Shown here piece by piece: positions 24,001 to 35,727 of a stretch of DNA of 64,000 nt. The notes beneath the pieces are model-generated. The model had not been told where the DNA came from and ran no database searches. It worked only from the letters and a program-made list of their open reading frames with translations. How positions within the stretch are numbered: the first letter of the stretch is position 1; every line of letters begins with the position of its first letter. Origin of the DNA: Amoebophrya sp. A120 (lineage: Eukaryota > Protista > Dinoflagellata); assembly GCA_905178155.1 (NCBI GenBank), contig CAJINV010000001.1, forward strand, positions 1,474,225-1,538,224, read 5' to 3'. Made by a program: the position numbers and the translations under genes.

Positions 24001-27000
24001 ATGTATGTGGCCGCGAACCGGTTTCGCGCGTCCGCCAACCGGGCACGCACAACATCGGCGAGCGGGTGGTGGCGGGTAAAAGCGAAGCCATGGCTGCAGA
24101 ACTTGATAGAGGTATAAAACCACTGCGAAGCTGCAAGGGACGTTTCGTTTTGTCAGAGGGCCTTTGTATGTTAATTTTGAATGGTATCAATGTTCTGAAT
24201 TTTCAAATGCAACCCCAACAAGTTCTTCCACTTGTAGCATCTTATCACAACCAAATTTGAATTCAACAGCGTCCGGACTCCAGCACCGCTGCGGCCTGGC
24301 TGCACACAGTGATCGTCGGCACCATCATCGTCTCCTCGATCACTTTCTGTATCGAGACGATTCCGGAGCTCACCCACTACAATACGTTTTGGGCGCATCT
24401 GGAAATCTTTTTCGTGGTGGTGTTTACTTTCGAGCTGGTCGCCCGCTACGCCATCACGGACCAAACCACCTGCGAGTTTTTCAGCGAAATGTGGACGGTG
24501 CTGGATGTGTTGGCGCTACTTCCGTTCTACTGCGCCGCCGTGGAGCTGGAGTTTCCCACCGGCGCCATCGACTCCAAAACCGGCACCCCCGACACCGCCC
24601 CCCTGCCCGATATGCGCATTCTCCGGATGTTTCGTTTGCTGCGCGTGTTCAAGCTGGCGAGACACGGGAACAAGCAACTGGGCTTCGTGTTTGAGGGTCT
24701 GTCGCAGAGCAAAGTTTCATTTCTCCTCCTGTTTACCATGTTGGGACTGGCGCTCATTTTCTTCAGCTTTCTGGCCTGGGCGACGGAACGGGGCGAGTGG
24801 GATGAGCTATCATATGTAAAAATGTCTGGGTCTGGAAGAGTCCGAACTTGTGATGCACATTTCAGAACACAGAAAAAGCTCTCATGCATGGGTAGCAAAA
24901 GCTGCCCACTTTCTGTCACCAAAGTGGGGGATTTGTCATGCGGATTCGACATTGCGGAAGCTTCTCGAAACCTGTAATGCTAGAGCTTCCATGCCAGACC
25001 TTCTGTGTCATGCAGAAACAGCATGACTCTTCCAGACCCAGACATTTTTACACTTGATATGAGCGGGAAAACTGCTACCGCAGGGAAAACGAGTCGCACT
25101 ACCCCGGTTTTCCCCAAAGACAATTTTTTTTTTTCGATCCAATTGTAAGCAGGGCGGGCCCTTTGCAACCGACTTGCGCCGCGAATGGCCAGACCGAGGC
25201 GCGCGCCCCCCCGGGTGTGTTGCTTTATGGAATCCAAGAGATTGCGTAGCTAGTGGCGCCAACGAACTGCTTTGGTAGCTCCTCGAGAAGTATGCGCGCA
25301 ATTTGAGAAAGGCCTCTGCGGCTCGGAGTCCAGACGCAGCCGGCCGCCCCTCCTTCAGGGCAGAGCAGCTTGCTGATGTTCTCCATGACCGACCCCAGTG
25401 TGCCTCTCTTTCTATCCTACAGGCTGAAAAGCGCAACGCCCCGCCCGGCTTTTTGGGGCGCAAGCAGCTCGAGCCCCGCGGGGCAGCGCCCGGGGCAAGG
25501 CGCCCGTGCCAGACCCGCCCCCCGGCCACCTAAGGCTCCCACGCGATGCCCCTTGCCGTGGACCTGTGTTCTCCACTTGAGGCTGGCCGGCACCGTTTCC
25601 CTGAGTGCATGCTCGGACACGTTGGCGAGAAAAAAAACGTATGCTGGGGATTTCGTCCCTAAGCGGCTATCTACGCACTTGCGGCCACCAAAACGGGCAC
25701 CAGAAACGTCCCGAAAGTGGACGCATGCACGACCTCCAGGGAAGCGGCGAGGCCGGGGCCTCAAAAGTTGGGCGCGGCCTTCAAAGTCCGGCGGCCACGT
25801 GGGCCCGGGCAAGGGGCCAGCGCGGCTGACGAATCCAGGCCGACGCCCACAAATCAACACTCGGCACGGCAGGCGGGGCGTTGGATCGCTAACAGAATAA
25901 CAGCGCCCCGTCCGAGATAGCAACGCAGAGCACGCTTTTCCAGCACCATGCCCGCAGCCAAGCAAGCGCGAGCAGTGCGGCGGGGCCGCGTTGCAGTAGT
26001 CTACACGCGGATCGGGCCGAAATAGATACACACACACATCCACAAAGCCTGCTGCCCCATCAGCTCATGCGCTGACTTTTGAGCGCCGCCATCTCGCTTG
26101 CTCCTTTGCATATGTAACAGCATCAGAGATTATCCTTGAAGAAGATCCACTAGCGGACACTATCCGGTCGGGCTGCGCAGCCGGCGGCCGTGTTGTTGCA
26201 TCAGTTCAAAAATTTTTTTTTGATTTGGGGAAAACCGGGGTAGTGGGGACAGTTTTTCCTAACGTAACTGCTACCGCAGGGAAAACGAGCCGCACTACAC
26301 GAATTGCTCCCCGTTTGAGAATATCAAGTGCAAAAATGTCTGGGTCTGGAAGGTGGTAACTTGTGATGCTGTCTTTGGATTCCAAAAAAATCTGTATTGC
26401 ATGACAAGCAAAAGGAGTCCAGTTTGTGCTACACGGGGAGGGCATTTCTCATGCGGAATAAGCATCAGGAAGCCTTCTAAAAATCTGGGATGCTAGGGCA
26501 TGCATTACAGGCGTCATTGGTCATGCAAAATATGCATGACAAACCTGGCAATCTTCCAGACCCAGACATTTTTGCAGTTGATTGAGAACGTATTCATGAG
26601 TTTCTGGTGGGGGATCACCACAATTACGACGGTCGGGTATGGGGATGCCTATCCCTTGTCAGTCAGCGGGAAAATCGTCACGTGTATTTTTGATGCGTCT
26701 TTGTTTTTATCACTTTTGCTGATTGAGACTTTACTTAGGGTTAGGACTGTACATGATTATGATTTTTCTACATGCGTGGTTATGATTTTTCAAAATAAGA
26801 AAGAATTTTGAAACTCGAAGAAATTTTTGTTCACGCGGACTTCATGTATAAATATCCACCCGACTCAAGTAGAAGTCCACCAACGATCATGATAAATACA
26901 AAATTCAGCTTTCGCCATGATCACCGGTCTCCTTTGCGTTGCACTTCCCACCACGCAGCTAGGCTTGGAATTTTCCGCGGCGTACAGCAAAGGTCGGACG

Positions 27001-27577
27001 GAGCGAGCGCAGAAGAAGGCACGGAAAAGCATCATGATGTGTTCGCGCGAGGAGATCATGCTGGTCGATGAGTTGCGGAAGTTGGATAGTTGCCGAAAAA
27101 CGCTTGCCGACGGCAGTCCGTTCCTGGAGGCACTGTTTGCCTCCCGCGAAGATAGCTACGAGATGCGGATGAGAGACTTGACGTATCCAAGAAAAAAACG
27201 ATGTGAGCGTAAATATGTGATGCAGGAAATACAAAACTGTTACGGTTGTCATGCTGGATGTGCGTCATAGGCCACTTTCATACGTGTTTCCACGTACTAG
27301 TTGCGCATGACAGGTTTTCCCTTTAATGCAAAACGAATTTGTGATGCTGCTCTTCCTACAAAGTTACACTTACACAGTTTTTTTCCTGGATATGACGCCC
27401 AGGACCAGTAGTAAGCAGAAGGCGGTGAAAAAAAAAGTCGACGCCGAGCAGAAGAACGTCAATCTGTTAGTCTCGCAGGCCGATTCCGCGATGCGACAGT
27501 ATCGGCATTTTCTCTTGACCTCGGTCAGTAAAGGCAATTTGAAGGGCGAATCGCAGGAAAATATCGGAGATAACTAA
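24001..27577 (+). CDS. Voltage-gated K+ channel (Kv/Shaker-like, 6TM)
   Basis: Exons 24001-24111, 24270-24807, 25065-25102 (duplicated segment), 26299-26321, 26589-26683, 26909-27183 and 27398-27577. S4 [17 protein letters not shown]; pore [19 protein letters not shown]; S6 GLLCVALP. The start codon is uncertain. Confidence 0.9.
24808..25059. mobile_element. Introner family A (forward)
   Basis: Family A TIRs; DR tgagc. Confidence 0.92.
25097..26245. mobile_element. ~1.15-kb TIR element flanked by a 33-bp exon duplication (25070-25102 / 26266-26298)
   Basis: Perfect 22-bp TIR cactaccccggttttccccaaa / tttggggaaaaccggggtagtg; GC-rich interior with no credible ORF. Confidence 0.88.
26322..26583. 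mobile_element. Introner family A (forward)
   Basis: Family A TIRs; DR gagaa; PFE|NVFMSFWW restored. Confidence 0.93.
27184..27392. mobile_element. Introner family D
   Basis: TIR tatccaagaaaaaaac / gttttttttcctggata; DR tgacg. Confidence 0.9.
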
Positions 27578-27813
27578 ATCTAAAATCTTCACATGATGAA
27601 GATAGTAGCAACGGAGGATGGGGAGCGAGTCGTTATTTTTCCGTTTTTTCACCTTGTTTTCAGTGGAGGTCGTAGTTTCCACATTCTTTTTCTTGTATGT
27701 TTCTTACTTTTTGGTTGTCGAGATCATGCTCCTTATCCGGTATGCGGGAGGCAGGAGCTGGCCGCAGTGTTTTCTTTTCCAGAGAAGGTCATGCAGCTAT
27801 TCGGGGCATTTAA

Positions 27814-28267
27814 ACGCCCTCTTAAGCTTCTTGACCATTCTTTGTCTACTCGTCTAGTACGCCAGGAGGTGATTGATTGCCTTTAGTACTTTCAGTTTTA
27901 CTCTTGTAAAGTCGTGTTGTCAGAGCCAGAAGTTGTCTCTAACATTGTACGGAAAGAAGACGAAATTGCTGACTTAATCGAAAAAAGATGCACAGTATAA
28001 AGTGAAAACAGAGCGTGAAGATCAATAAAAACAGAAATAGACTCCATCAGCGAGGAAAGTCAACCACTCGGCAAAATTGCCAGAAGAATTTGTCCAAAGG
28101 CAGCTGCTTCAAAATCACACAAATGCCGAAACGCACAAAAAGCTACTCGCTATTTCTCTACTCATGTTCCTCATCAACCACAACCGCAATGTGAAAGACC
28201 TGGCTCTGCTAATTACGAATGTACTGAAAGATTATAGATCTTATACCGAGTTCCGCGCAAAGAGATA
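27814..28267 (+). repeat. ~450-bp dispersed intergenic repeat, copy 1
   Basis: Colinear similarity to 36672-37113 (tgaccattctttgtctactcgtctagtacgccag ... ccgagttccgcgcaaag). Confidence 0.85.
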
Positions 28268-28349
28268 CTCGGTCTCCATGTGTAGCAAAAAGCGTCCTCG
28301 TACTGGGCTTCAGTAGATGAATGAAAAAACGCAACTTCCTCGTGGTTGC

Positions 28350-29196
28350 TCGGTCTTCCTCGATGCTGTACTTACTCGGCTTACAACTCCCCAGCTGTTT
28401 TTTGCCTCCGGAGCAAGTCTTATTCGACGTGACCCCCAGGTCAAGAATTCCCTTGGTGAATTTTAAGGCTTTTTGTTTTTGCGACACTTTCTGGAAGCCC
28501 CAAAACCCGGAGTTTCTCAGGCGCCAGCGCATTTTGAACAGGAAGCGGAGGACAAAATTCACCGGCGTCCTTTCCAAAATTCACCCCAAAATTCACCGAG
28601 CGCCACTTTTCGACCGTTATAAGCAAAGTTTAGCGCAGAAAAGTGCTTAAAAAAACGCACAGGTAGACCCTGGGAAGTGGGGCCGAGGGGAAAAGACAGG
28701 CGCCCGCTGTTGCCCTTAGCGCCTCTATATTCTGCCGAAAATGCCTGGAGAGTTCACGCGCCCGCCGGATAGACGCGTCAAAGCTCTCGGCCGGGTCCTT
28801 TCACCCTTGCTCTCGCGCCTTCATCTTGCCTAAACTGTATGTGCTTCGCGGCTCTTGTTTTTGGCGTCTTTGCCACGGCTGCTGCAGTGCCTACTCTTTT
28901 GCAAGCACAGGAAGACGAAAAGACAAGGCCAAAGAACGACGCCCAGGCCATGTCCAGCTGCCTGCCGCATAGCCGGCGAGTTCTGCGGTGTGCAGAACGC
29001 TCTTCCCAGAAGGGCGAGAGGGACAATGTCCCGGCAGTCTCCTCTGCTATTTGTCATGCAAAATTCACTAGAGATTCGCCACGTCTCATGCTAACGCGTG
29101 TTAAAGCTCTAAACAAATGTCGAAAGAAGAACGCGAAAAACTCGGTGGTATCGGTATGCTCGGTCTTCGGTCTTCCTCGATGCTGTACTTACTCGG
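28350..29196. repeat. 30-bp exact direct repeats (28350-28379 / 29167-29196) around a ~0.8-kb non-coding segment
   Basis: tcggtcttcctcgatgctgtacttactcgg occurs twice. Confidence 0.8.
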
Positions 29197-29614
29197 TGGT
29201 ATTCGGAAGTTGCGAAGATGCGTGAAAAATGCGGTCGATCGGTTGCACTGGAAGCAAGGTCGTGATCGGAACCTTTTTTTTGCGATGTACAATTTGCCCC
29301 CTCTTTTATACCTTCCTCCAAGTTTTTATCCGCGCGGCTTTATTCGACTTCAAACAGTGTTGGATGGCATCAGTTCACTCCACTCGCGAATCGGCTTTCT
29401 ACTTAAGTTAGTGCTAGAAGCGAACTGGCGTTACAAGCCTGCTTCTGCTACTGCTTCTTCTTAAAGTACAAATTCAGGATTTATAGTTGTCCTTGCGGCG
29501 AGGGCGACTGAAACTCAACATACTCTTACTCAAGGTCAAGACTAGAAATCTCAGACGAAGTGGCCGCAATATTTATTGATCACTGCGGACGTTCTTCTAC
29601 TATACTTCTTTGTG

Positions 29615-32600
29615 ATGATGATGTTTCGCGGCATCACCGCCACGGCACTTCTCCACCTGGGAAGATGGCTCCTTCCCACTACGGAGGCTCTGACGATGCA
29701 CCCTCGTCCTGCTGATGCCCCCGAAGTCTTATTTGGTGGCGCGGAGCAAGAGATGAAGATGGCGGAGAACAAACCTGCGACGGCGACGGCCCGACGTCGT
29801 GTGCGTATTTTTTCCATCAACGATGTGTATTTGCTGGACCTCGGCATGCCCTACGTGATGGCGGAAATGTCCACTTTTCGTCGTGAGAACCCGGACACGA
29901 TCGTGATTTTCTCGATCCTATCCTGTGTAAAAACGTACCCACACCAGAGTCAAGATGGGAAATCTGCTACACAAATCAGCCAGCTTCGGTTGTTTCGCAT
30001 GACAAGTTTGCCCGCGTAGTGTGATCCTGTTTAGGTAGTTCAGCAGCATCACAGATCTAGCTTGTCATGCTGATTATAGCATCACAAATTCCAATTCCAA
30101 AGCACGACTAGAAAATGCCTCTCATGGGTCTCCGCATGAGAAACATTTTCAGCATGCTGATTTGCATTACAACTCTGGTGTGGGTACGTTTTTACTCAGG
30201 ATAGATCCAGGGCGACTTTCTCGGCGGCGGTGCGCATGTGAACTTCGACGCTGGCGCAACGCTCGTCGAGCAGCTCCTCCTCCTCGGTTCGAAGGCGGAC
30301 TACCGCCTGGTGTCTGTAGGCAATCACGAATTCGACCCGGGCCTCAGAGTCCTCGTTGAGAGGCTGGAGAAACTGACGCAGGACGCGTCTTATCCCTGGA
30401 TATGGACTGCAAAAGTATCGTACTCGTATAAATGCATTACAAATTTCCTCACCATGAGAAGTGAAATTTGTAATGCGGGTTTCCCTTTAAAAAAATATTT
30501 GTAATGCATGATTGCCATACGAGTACGATACTTTTGCACAGGATACTGGATTTTCGTGAACAACAATTTCGGCGTCAATTTGGACCGGGCGAAAAAGTAC
30601 CAGGAATATCCTGAGTAAAAATGTCCCCACACCAGAGTTGTCATGCAAATCTGCATGCCAAAAAAGTTTCTCATGCGGAGCCCCATGAGAACCATTTTCT
30701 GATCCTGTTTCGGAATTTGTAATGCTAGAATCAGCATGATATGCTAGTTTTGTGATGCTTCGGAACTAGCTAAACAGGATTACACTACGAGGATAAACTT
30801 GTAATGCGAAACAACCAGAGGTGGCTGATTTGTCTAGCGGATTCCCCATCTTGACTCTGGGGTGGGGACGTTTTTGCTCAGGATAAGGAAGACGCGGCAC
30901 TTTTGGGGAGGCCTGCGGCGGCGAGCTTCGCCTCTGTCGAAGCCTTCGCGAAGCTGAGCGAGCCTGCTGCTTTTGGAAAAAAGGAAAGAACGGGCGTTGT
31001 GTGGGAGAATATCCCGATTACGGAAGGACCGCTTGCCGGGGGACGAATGGCCGCGCAGGGTATGCCCGTCCAAATTCTGCAGCCGTTCTACCCGCAAAAT
31101 AACTTCACGATGACCCTGCTCGCGGCCTGCTACACAGAGACGGGCTATTCGCAAGCGGCCACGGCCTGGCCGTTCTTCGTGGCGGTGGGCGGCGAAACGA
31201 ACAAGGGCTTGTTTCAAGACAAACCGCGCGCCGAGCAACATTTGTTGTTTTTTTCCGAGCTGACGAGGCAAGTGAAGAAGGTACAAAACGAGAAAAACAT
31301 GTTTCAGTTGGCACTCACGCACCAGTCGGACAAAGATGACGAGCTGTTTTTCTGTTCTGCAAAGAACCAGGAGGCGGGTAACTGTCCGTACGGAGTTATG
31401 GGAGCGGATTTAGCGCTGGCAGCACACTCGCACGAGACGCTCTTTTTGCAGACGGCTGCTAAGATTCTGGTAAAGACCAGCATGGACGCGAAGGAGCTGA
31501 TCGTGTGCGACATCGAATTGCTCACAGAAGGTGCAGCCGCGTGATATTGTGATTTCTATGATTTAGTGAAGCAGTTGTAGTAGTTTTTTCGAGTCCTCCG
31601 TCCGAGGAAGAAGCAGCCCAACACAGGTAGACCAATCGTAATCAGTATCTATCAGAACAACAACATCGGGGTGCGCCGATTACAGGAACCCCATGAATAA
31701 AGATATTACGCAAGATCAGTACAGGAACCCCATGAATAAAGATATTCCGATGCTGGTCGAAGAAGGCAAAAACCGAAGGCGTTTGCCGCCGCACGATTAA
31801 CATCATCAGCACAATAACAATATGGAACAAGCTAAGAATTTAAATTTTCTATTTCAGGTGCGTGGCAGAACGACTGCGCTCTGAAGAGCATGTTCAAGCC
31901 GAAGCAGAGCGAAACTTTGAACCTAGACAACGTGGCGAAGATCATCGAAGACGCCGACACGCGAGAGGACGTGGTGAAAATCCTGCGGCTCACGGACAAT
32001 CTGATGAAGGTGATGCAATCGAGCGATTACGCCTTAATGCCCGCTGCAGCCACCCGTCCGCTCCTGGACGACTTGAACAAGAGGAATGAGGCGAAGGACC
32101 CGAACCTCTGCACGCCTTCGCTAACAACGAAGTGCCCCGACCCCGTCTGGAGCTATTTCTCTTCTTGGAGCAAGAAGAACGAGCGGATCGACCAGATTGC
32201 CTTTTTGACTCTGATCAGCGAGTGGTATTTGCGCGGCGTGCAGGGCGACAAGGGCAAAAAGTGTCCGTTCTACGCGCAAGGCTCGGAGGAGGAGAAAGCA
32301 TTCCAAACCTACCCGACCCTCCTCGTGATGCACAGTGGTTTTATGCGCGGCATGGCGCCCCCCTTCGCCGACCAGAGCATCGCGCTCGACCAGACGATCA
32401 CGCGCAAGCTCCTCGCCGACGTGTTCGCCTTCGATACCATATCAAATGTAAAAATGTCTGGGTCTGGAAGAATGGAAGGCTTGTCATGCTCGTCTGGCAT
32501 GACCCATGATGCTTGTAATGCATGACCCAGCATCACAGATTTTTGGAAAGCTTCCTGATGCCATTTCCGCATGACAAATGCCCTCCTCGCGTAGCACAAA

Positions 32601-35505
32601 TGTGGCTCCTCTTGCTGGTCATGCAATACAGATCTTTTTAGAGTCCAAACTTAGCATCACAAGTTCCAACTTTCCAGACCCAGACATTTTTAATACATTT
32701 GATATACCAACTTCATCACGTATTTTCTCGCCGTGCCCGGCGGGGCGCTGGAGGACGCTTTGAGGCTCCAGTCGGATACGAAGTTCAACGACGGCGCTTA
32801 TCTCGACCTCGACATGGCACGCGTGGATTTCAGATTCACTCCACGTGTCGCGACCCGCGGTAAAAACATCGGCACGGGCAAGGTGATCACCGGAATCGAA
32901 AAAATCGATGGAGTGCCCTTTTCCAGGGAGAAGATGTACAACATCGCAACCACGGCCAATTTTGCGTTCTTTCACGAAGCGCTGAACGGGGCCAAGCAGC
33001 CCGTCGCAAAGTGGCCCTCGGTGTGGGAGGCGTACCAGCAGAAGTACGGCACGCCGCAACGCAAGGTCGTTCTGATGCGCTACTTCTTGGCACCGTGGTT
33101 GCAGCGAGTCGCGTATTGAGAGGAAAAATCCCCCCTCCCCATATTGAAAAGGTATGTTTCCAAAAATTTCTGTTGCGGATTTGAGGTCACAAATCATGTC
33201 TGTCTTGCAAGAAGACAAGGACAGAAGCTTCCGCCCCATTATCGAAGCGGTTTGTCATGCTGTTGGGCCTAAAGGGGGGCGCTTGCCATGCTGAACTACT
33301 AGACCCATACGCCCCTAGCTAGCCTGGGGATCTGGCCGCAGTGCCTCTCTGCAATACAAAGCTGATTTGTGGTCACAAATCAGCATCACAAATTTCCTTT
33401 TTGATATGGGGAGGGGGGATTTTTCATTTTGATATCGCGCGGACGGCGGACTTTGAGCTGGTGAAAGGCACCCACGACCACAGCGCGGACGAGAAAGGAT
33501 CGCTGTCACTGCCGGAGATGGAGAATTTGGTGTATCTGCAGTGGGCAAAGGGAGCTTTCTCGTCCACCACAGAAGATGAACCAGGCGTGTTGGGGGGCTT
33601 TCCGTCGTTACAATCGCTGCTGACAGCTGGTGGAGCCGCGGAGTCGTCGTGGTCCAACATCTTCGCTAGAAGACGTCCTGCCACCGTCGAAGACGCGATC
33701 CAAGAGTACGAAACGTACCTGAAGCAGGACAAGGAGCAGCAGAATATGTTGCGCGGTGTTCTTCCGAAGGTGTTGCAGGTGATCCAGAGCGAACCCTACA
33801 AATTGGAAACGCCGTTGAAGCTTTTGGCAGCTTCAAGCGTCCCAGTTCGAAATAAGCACTGCGGTTATGCTATAAAACAGGTTAGGGGGTGGCAAAGCAG
33901 GCGAGTCTGGCAGGCTTTTTTTTGTTTTCAGAGTGTTTTTCTTGCTGCCCTAAGTAGGAATGCGAATGAGGAAAGCGAGTGATGAACTCAAATGATGAAT
34001 GCGAATGATGAATTAGAATAACAAGCCAACTGGTTTCGGCTTTCAAGAAGGGGGCGGGGCGCGACTACTCCTCACCCGATGCAAAAACATGCTTTATGTT
34101 TACAAGAAGACGGGTCGCCCTGATGGGCGACCCTTTCTTGAGCTTGATCCTTTTGCAAGCAGATAGCGAGTATACGGCAAAATGCTCACTAAGACTGTTG
34201 GGCTAGGCCCCCTGCGAAGGAAGCGAAGAGGCTGGGATAGGGGTAGCGTTGGCTCTTCAAAAAACATGGCGCATCACGCAGCAGCGCACCCATAAGAACA
34301 TAAGGCAGTTGGAAGCCAACCGAAGAAGACGGGGCGCCATCTTGTGTGGGCCTTAATTCTTTGACTTCGGGGTCAGGTCTTGAGTTGTGCAATCCCGGGC
34401 AGCCGGGCCGAGCACTTCCAGAAGTTACCCGCCGAGGCGTTCGCGCGGGGCAATGTTCACTCGCGCGACTCTTTGGCCCGTCCGGGGGAGCTTGTTTTGC
34501 TGTTGCGCGCGGCAACGGAAAAGGAGCCGCCGGGAGGGGCTTTGGGGGGGCCTCAGAAGGGGCCTCAGAAGGGGCCTCAGGGGGGGCCTCAGGGGGGGCC
34601 TCAGGGGGGGCCTCAGGGGGGGGCTTCCGGGGGGCCTCCAGTGGCGTTTTTTCTTTCAGGGGAAGTGGCGTTTTTTCTGTTCTCGAAAGGACCGACGTTG
34701 TGGGCACCCTTCGGGAGCGATTGCGGTATGCGGGAGCACATGGCGCGGGAAGCGCGCCAAGATAGAGCTTCCCCGGTCGCGTCGCCTTTTCACCGCCTAA
34801 ATTGATGCGTAGACCCCGTTTCCCACTGGCCTGCGTTAATATATAAAACCAACAAGGCCCCCGCTGCCTATCCTGTTGCCTGAACGAAAAGAAAAAAGTT
34901 CAAAAATTCGTCGAGTTTTTAGAACGCATGAGCATAACCCTGGCTGCTTAAATCCGTTATTTCGAACTGGGACGCTTAATTCGGTATATCGAGTACACGC
35001 TGGAAACGCCTTTGAAGCTGTTGGCAGCGGACGTCGCTACGATGTATCAAAAGGAAAAATCCCCCCTCCCCATATCAAAACGACATTTCTGATGCCGGAT
35101 TTGAGTACACAAATCAAATCTGTGTTGCAGAAGAGGAATGCACGGAGATGCTGAACCTCGGCGGGGGCCTTTTGGTGTAGGCGCCTAGCATGGTAGACGG
35201 GCACCCTGTAGGCCTTACAGCATTACAAATCGCCCGCATAACGTGGCGGACACCCTGAGCGTGCCTTCTTGCAAGACAGATCCAATTTGTGGTCACAAAT
35301 CAGCAACATAAATTTTCGGAAGTATACCTTTTCGATATGGGGAGGGGGGATTTTTCCTTTTGATACGATGGCGGAGAACACCAGCGGAGCGGACGCAGCG
35401 ACGACGACGGGAGGGGAGATCGAAGCGGTCACTTTGTGCGGCGTGCAAGGGGTGCACTACGACAAACTGACGGGGATCATCGAGAAGATCGCGGAGGAGG
35501 TGTAG
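29615..35505 (+). CDS. 5'-nucleotidase/apyrase family metallophosphoesterase, possible signal peptide
   Basis: Motifs FSINDVY, QGDFLGG, VGNHEFD, ALTHQ, AHSHE and the C-terminal-domain HSGFMR..VFAF. In frame after removing 6 short elements, one 1.2-kb element and the GT-AG intron 31531-31857. Confidence 0.85.
29919..30203. mobile_element. Introner family B (reverse)
   Basis: Family B TIRs; DR gatcc; restores FSIQGDFL. Confidence 0.92.
30401..30545. mobile_element. Introner family E
   Basis: TIR tgcaaaagtatcgtactcgta / tacgagtacgatacttttgca; DR ctgga. Confidence 0.92.
30607..30885. mobile_element. Introner family B (forward)
   Basis: Family B TIRs; DR aggaa. Confidence 0.92.
31681..31746. 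repeat. 27-bp duplication inside a canonical intron
   Basis: tacaggaaccccatgaataaagatatt at 31681 and 31720. Confidence 0.85.
32440..32704. mobile_element. Introner family A (reverse)
   Basis: Family A TIRs; DR tacca. Confidence 0.92.
33114..33434. mobile_element. Introner family C (reverse)
   Basis: TIR aaaaatcccccctccccatat / atatggggaggggggattttt; DR tcgcg. Confidence 0.92.
33835..34977. mobile_element. ~1.14-kb TIR element flanked by a 35-bp exon duplication (33797-33831 / 34994-35028)
   Basis: Perfect 21-bp TIR aagcgtcccagttcgaaataa / ttatttcgaactgggacgctt; internal hairpin at 34112-34133 and a 12-mer ggggggcctcag array at about 34545-34640. Confidence 0.88.
35045..35365. mobile_element. 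Introner family C (forward)
   Basis: Near-perfect long TIR; DR cgatg. Confidence 0.93.
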
Positions 35506-35602
35506 ATGTAACCCTGATGAAGAAAAACCTACTTTATACCCATGTACTTAACTAATCGAAAACCGAAACTCGTCAGGAGTGAGGAGGTTCAACTGTATCT
35601 TA

Positions 35603-35727
35603 TATGTAGTGAGGTCACGAACCACGAACGTTCTAATCTAGCGATCTTTTTGCCATGTCTTATCCAAAACGACCGGCAGCTGTCAAGCGGCCGGAAGTGT
35701 TTTTGGACGTAAAAGATTTCCATTTAC
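35603..35727 (+). mobile_element. Truncated 5' fragment of a family H element
   Basis: tatgtagtgaggtcac...aaaacgaccggcagctgtcaagcggccg resembles the starts of the 9110 and 61801 copies. Confidence 0.7.

Noticed and set aside
25103-26245. Transposase or other ORF inside the 1.2-kb elements or family H
   Set aside because: Only short, GC-driven, Arg/Pro/Gly-rich ORFs with no DDE, tyrosine-recombinase or RT motif.
34189-34805. PPEA or GGPQ repeat proteins
   Set aside because: They are translations of a 12-bp tandem array inside the TIR element.
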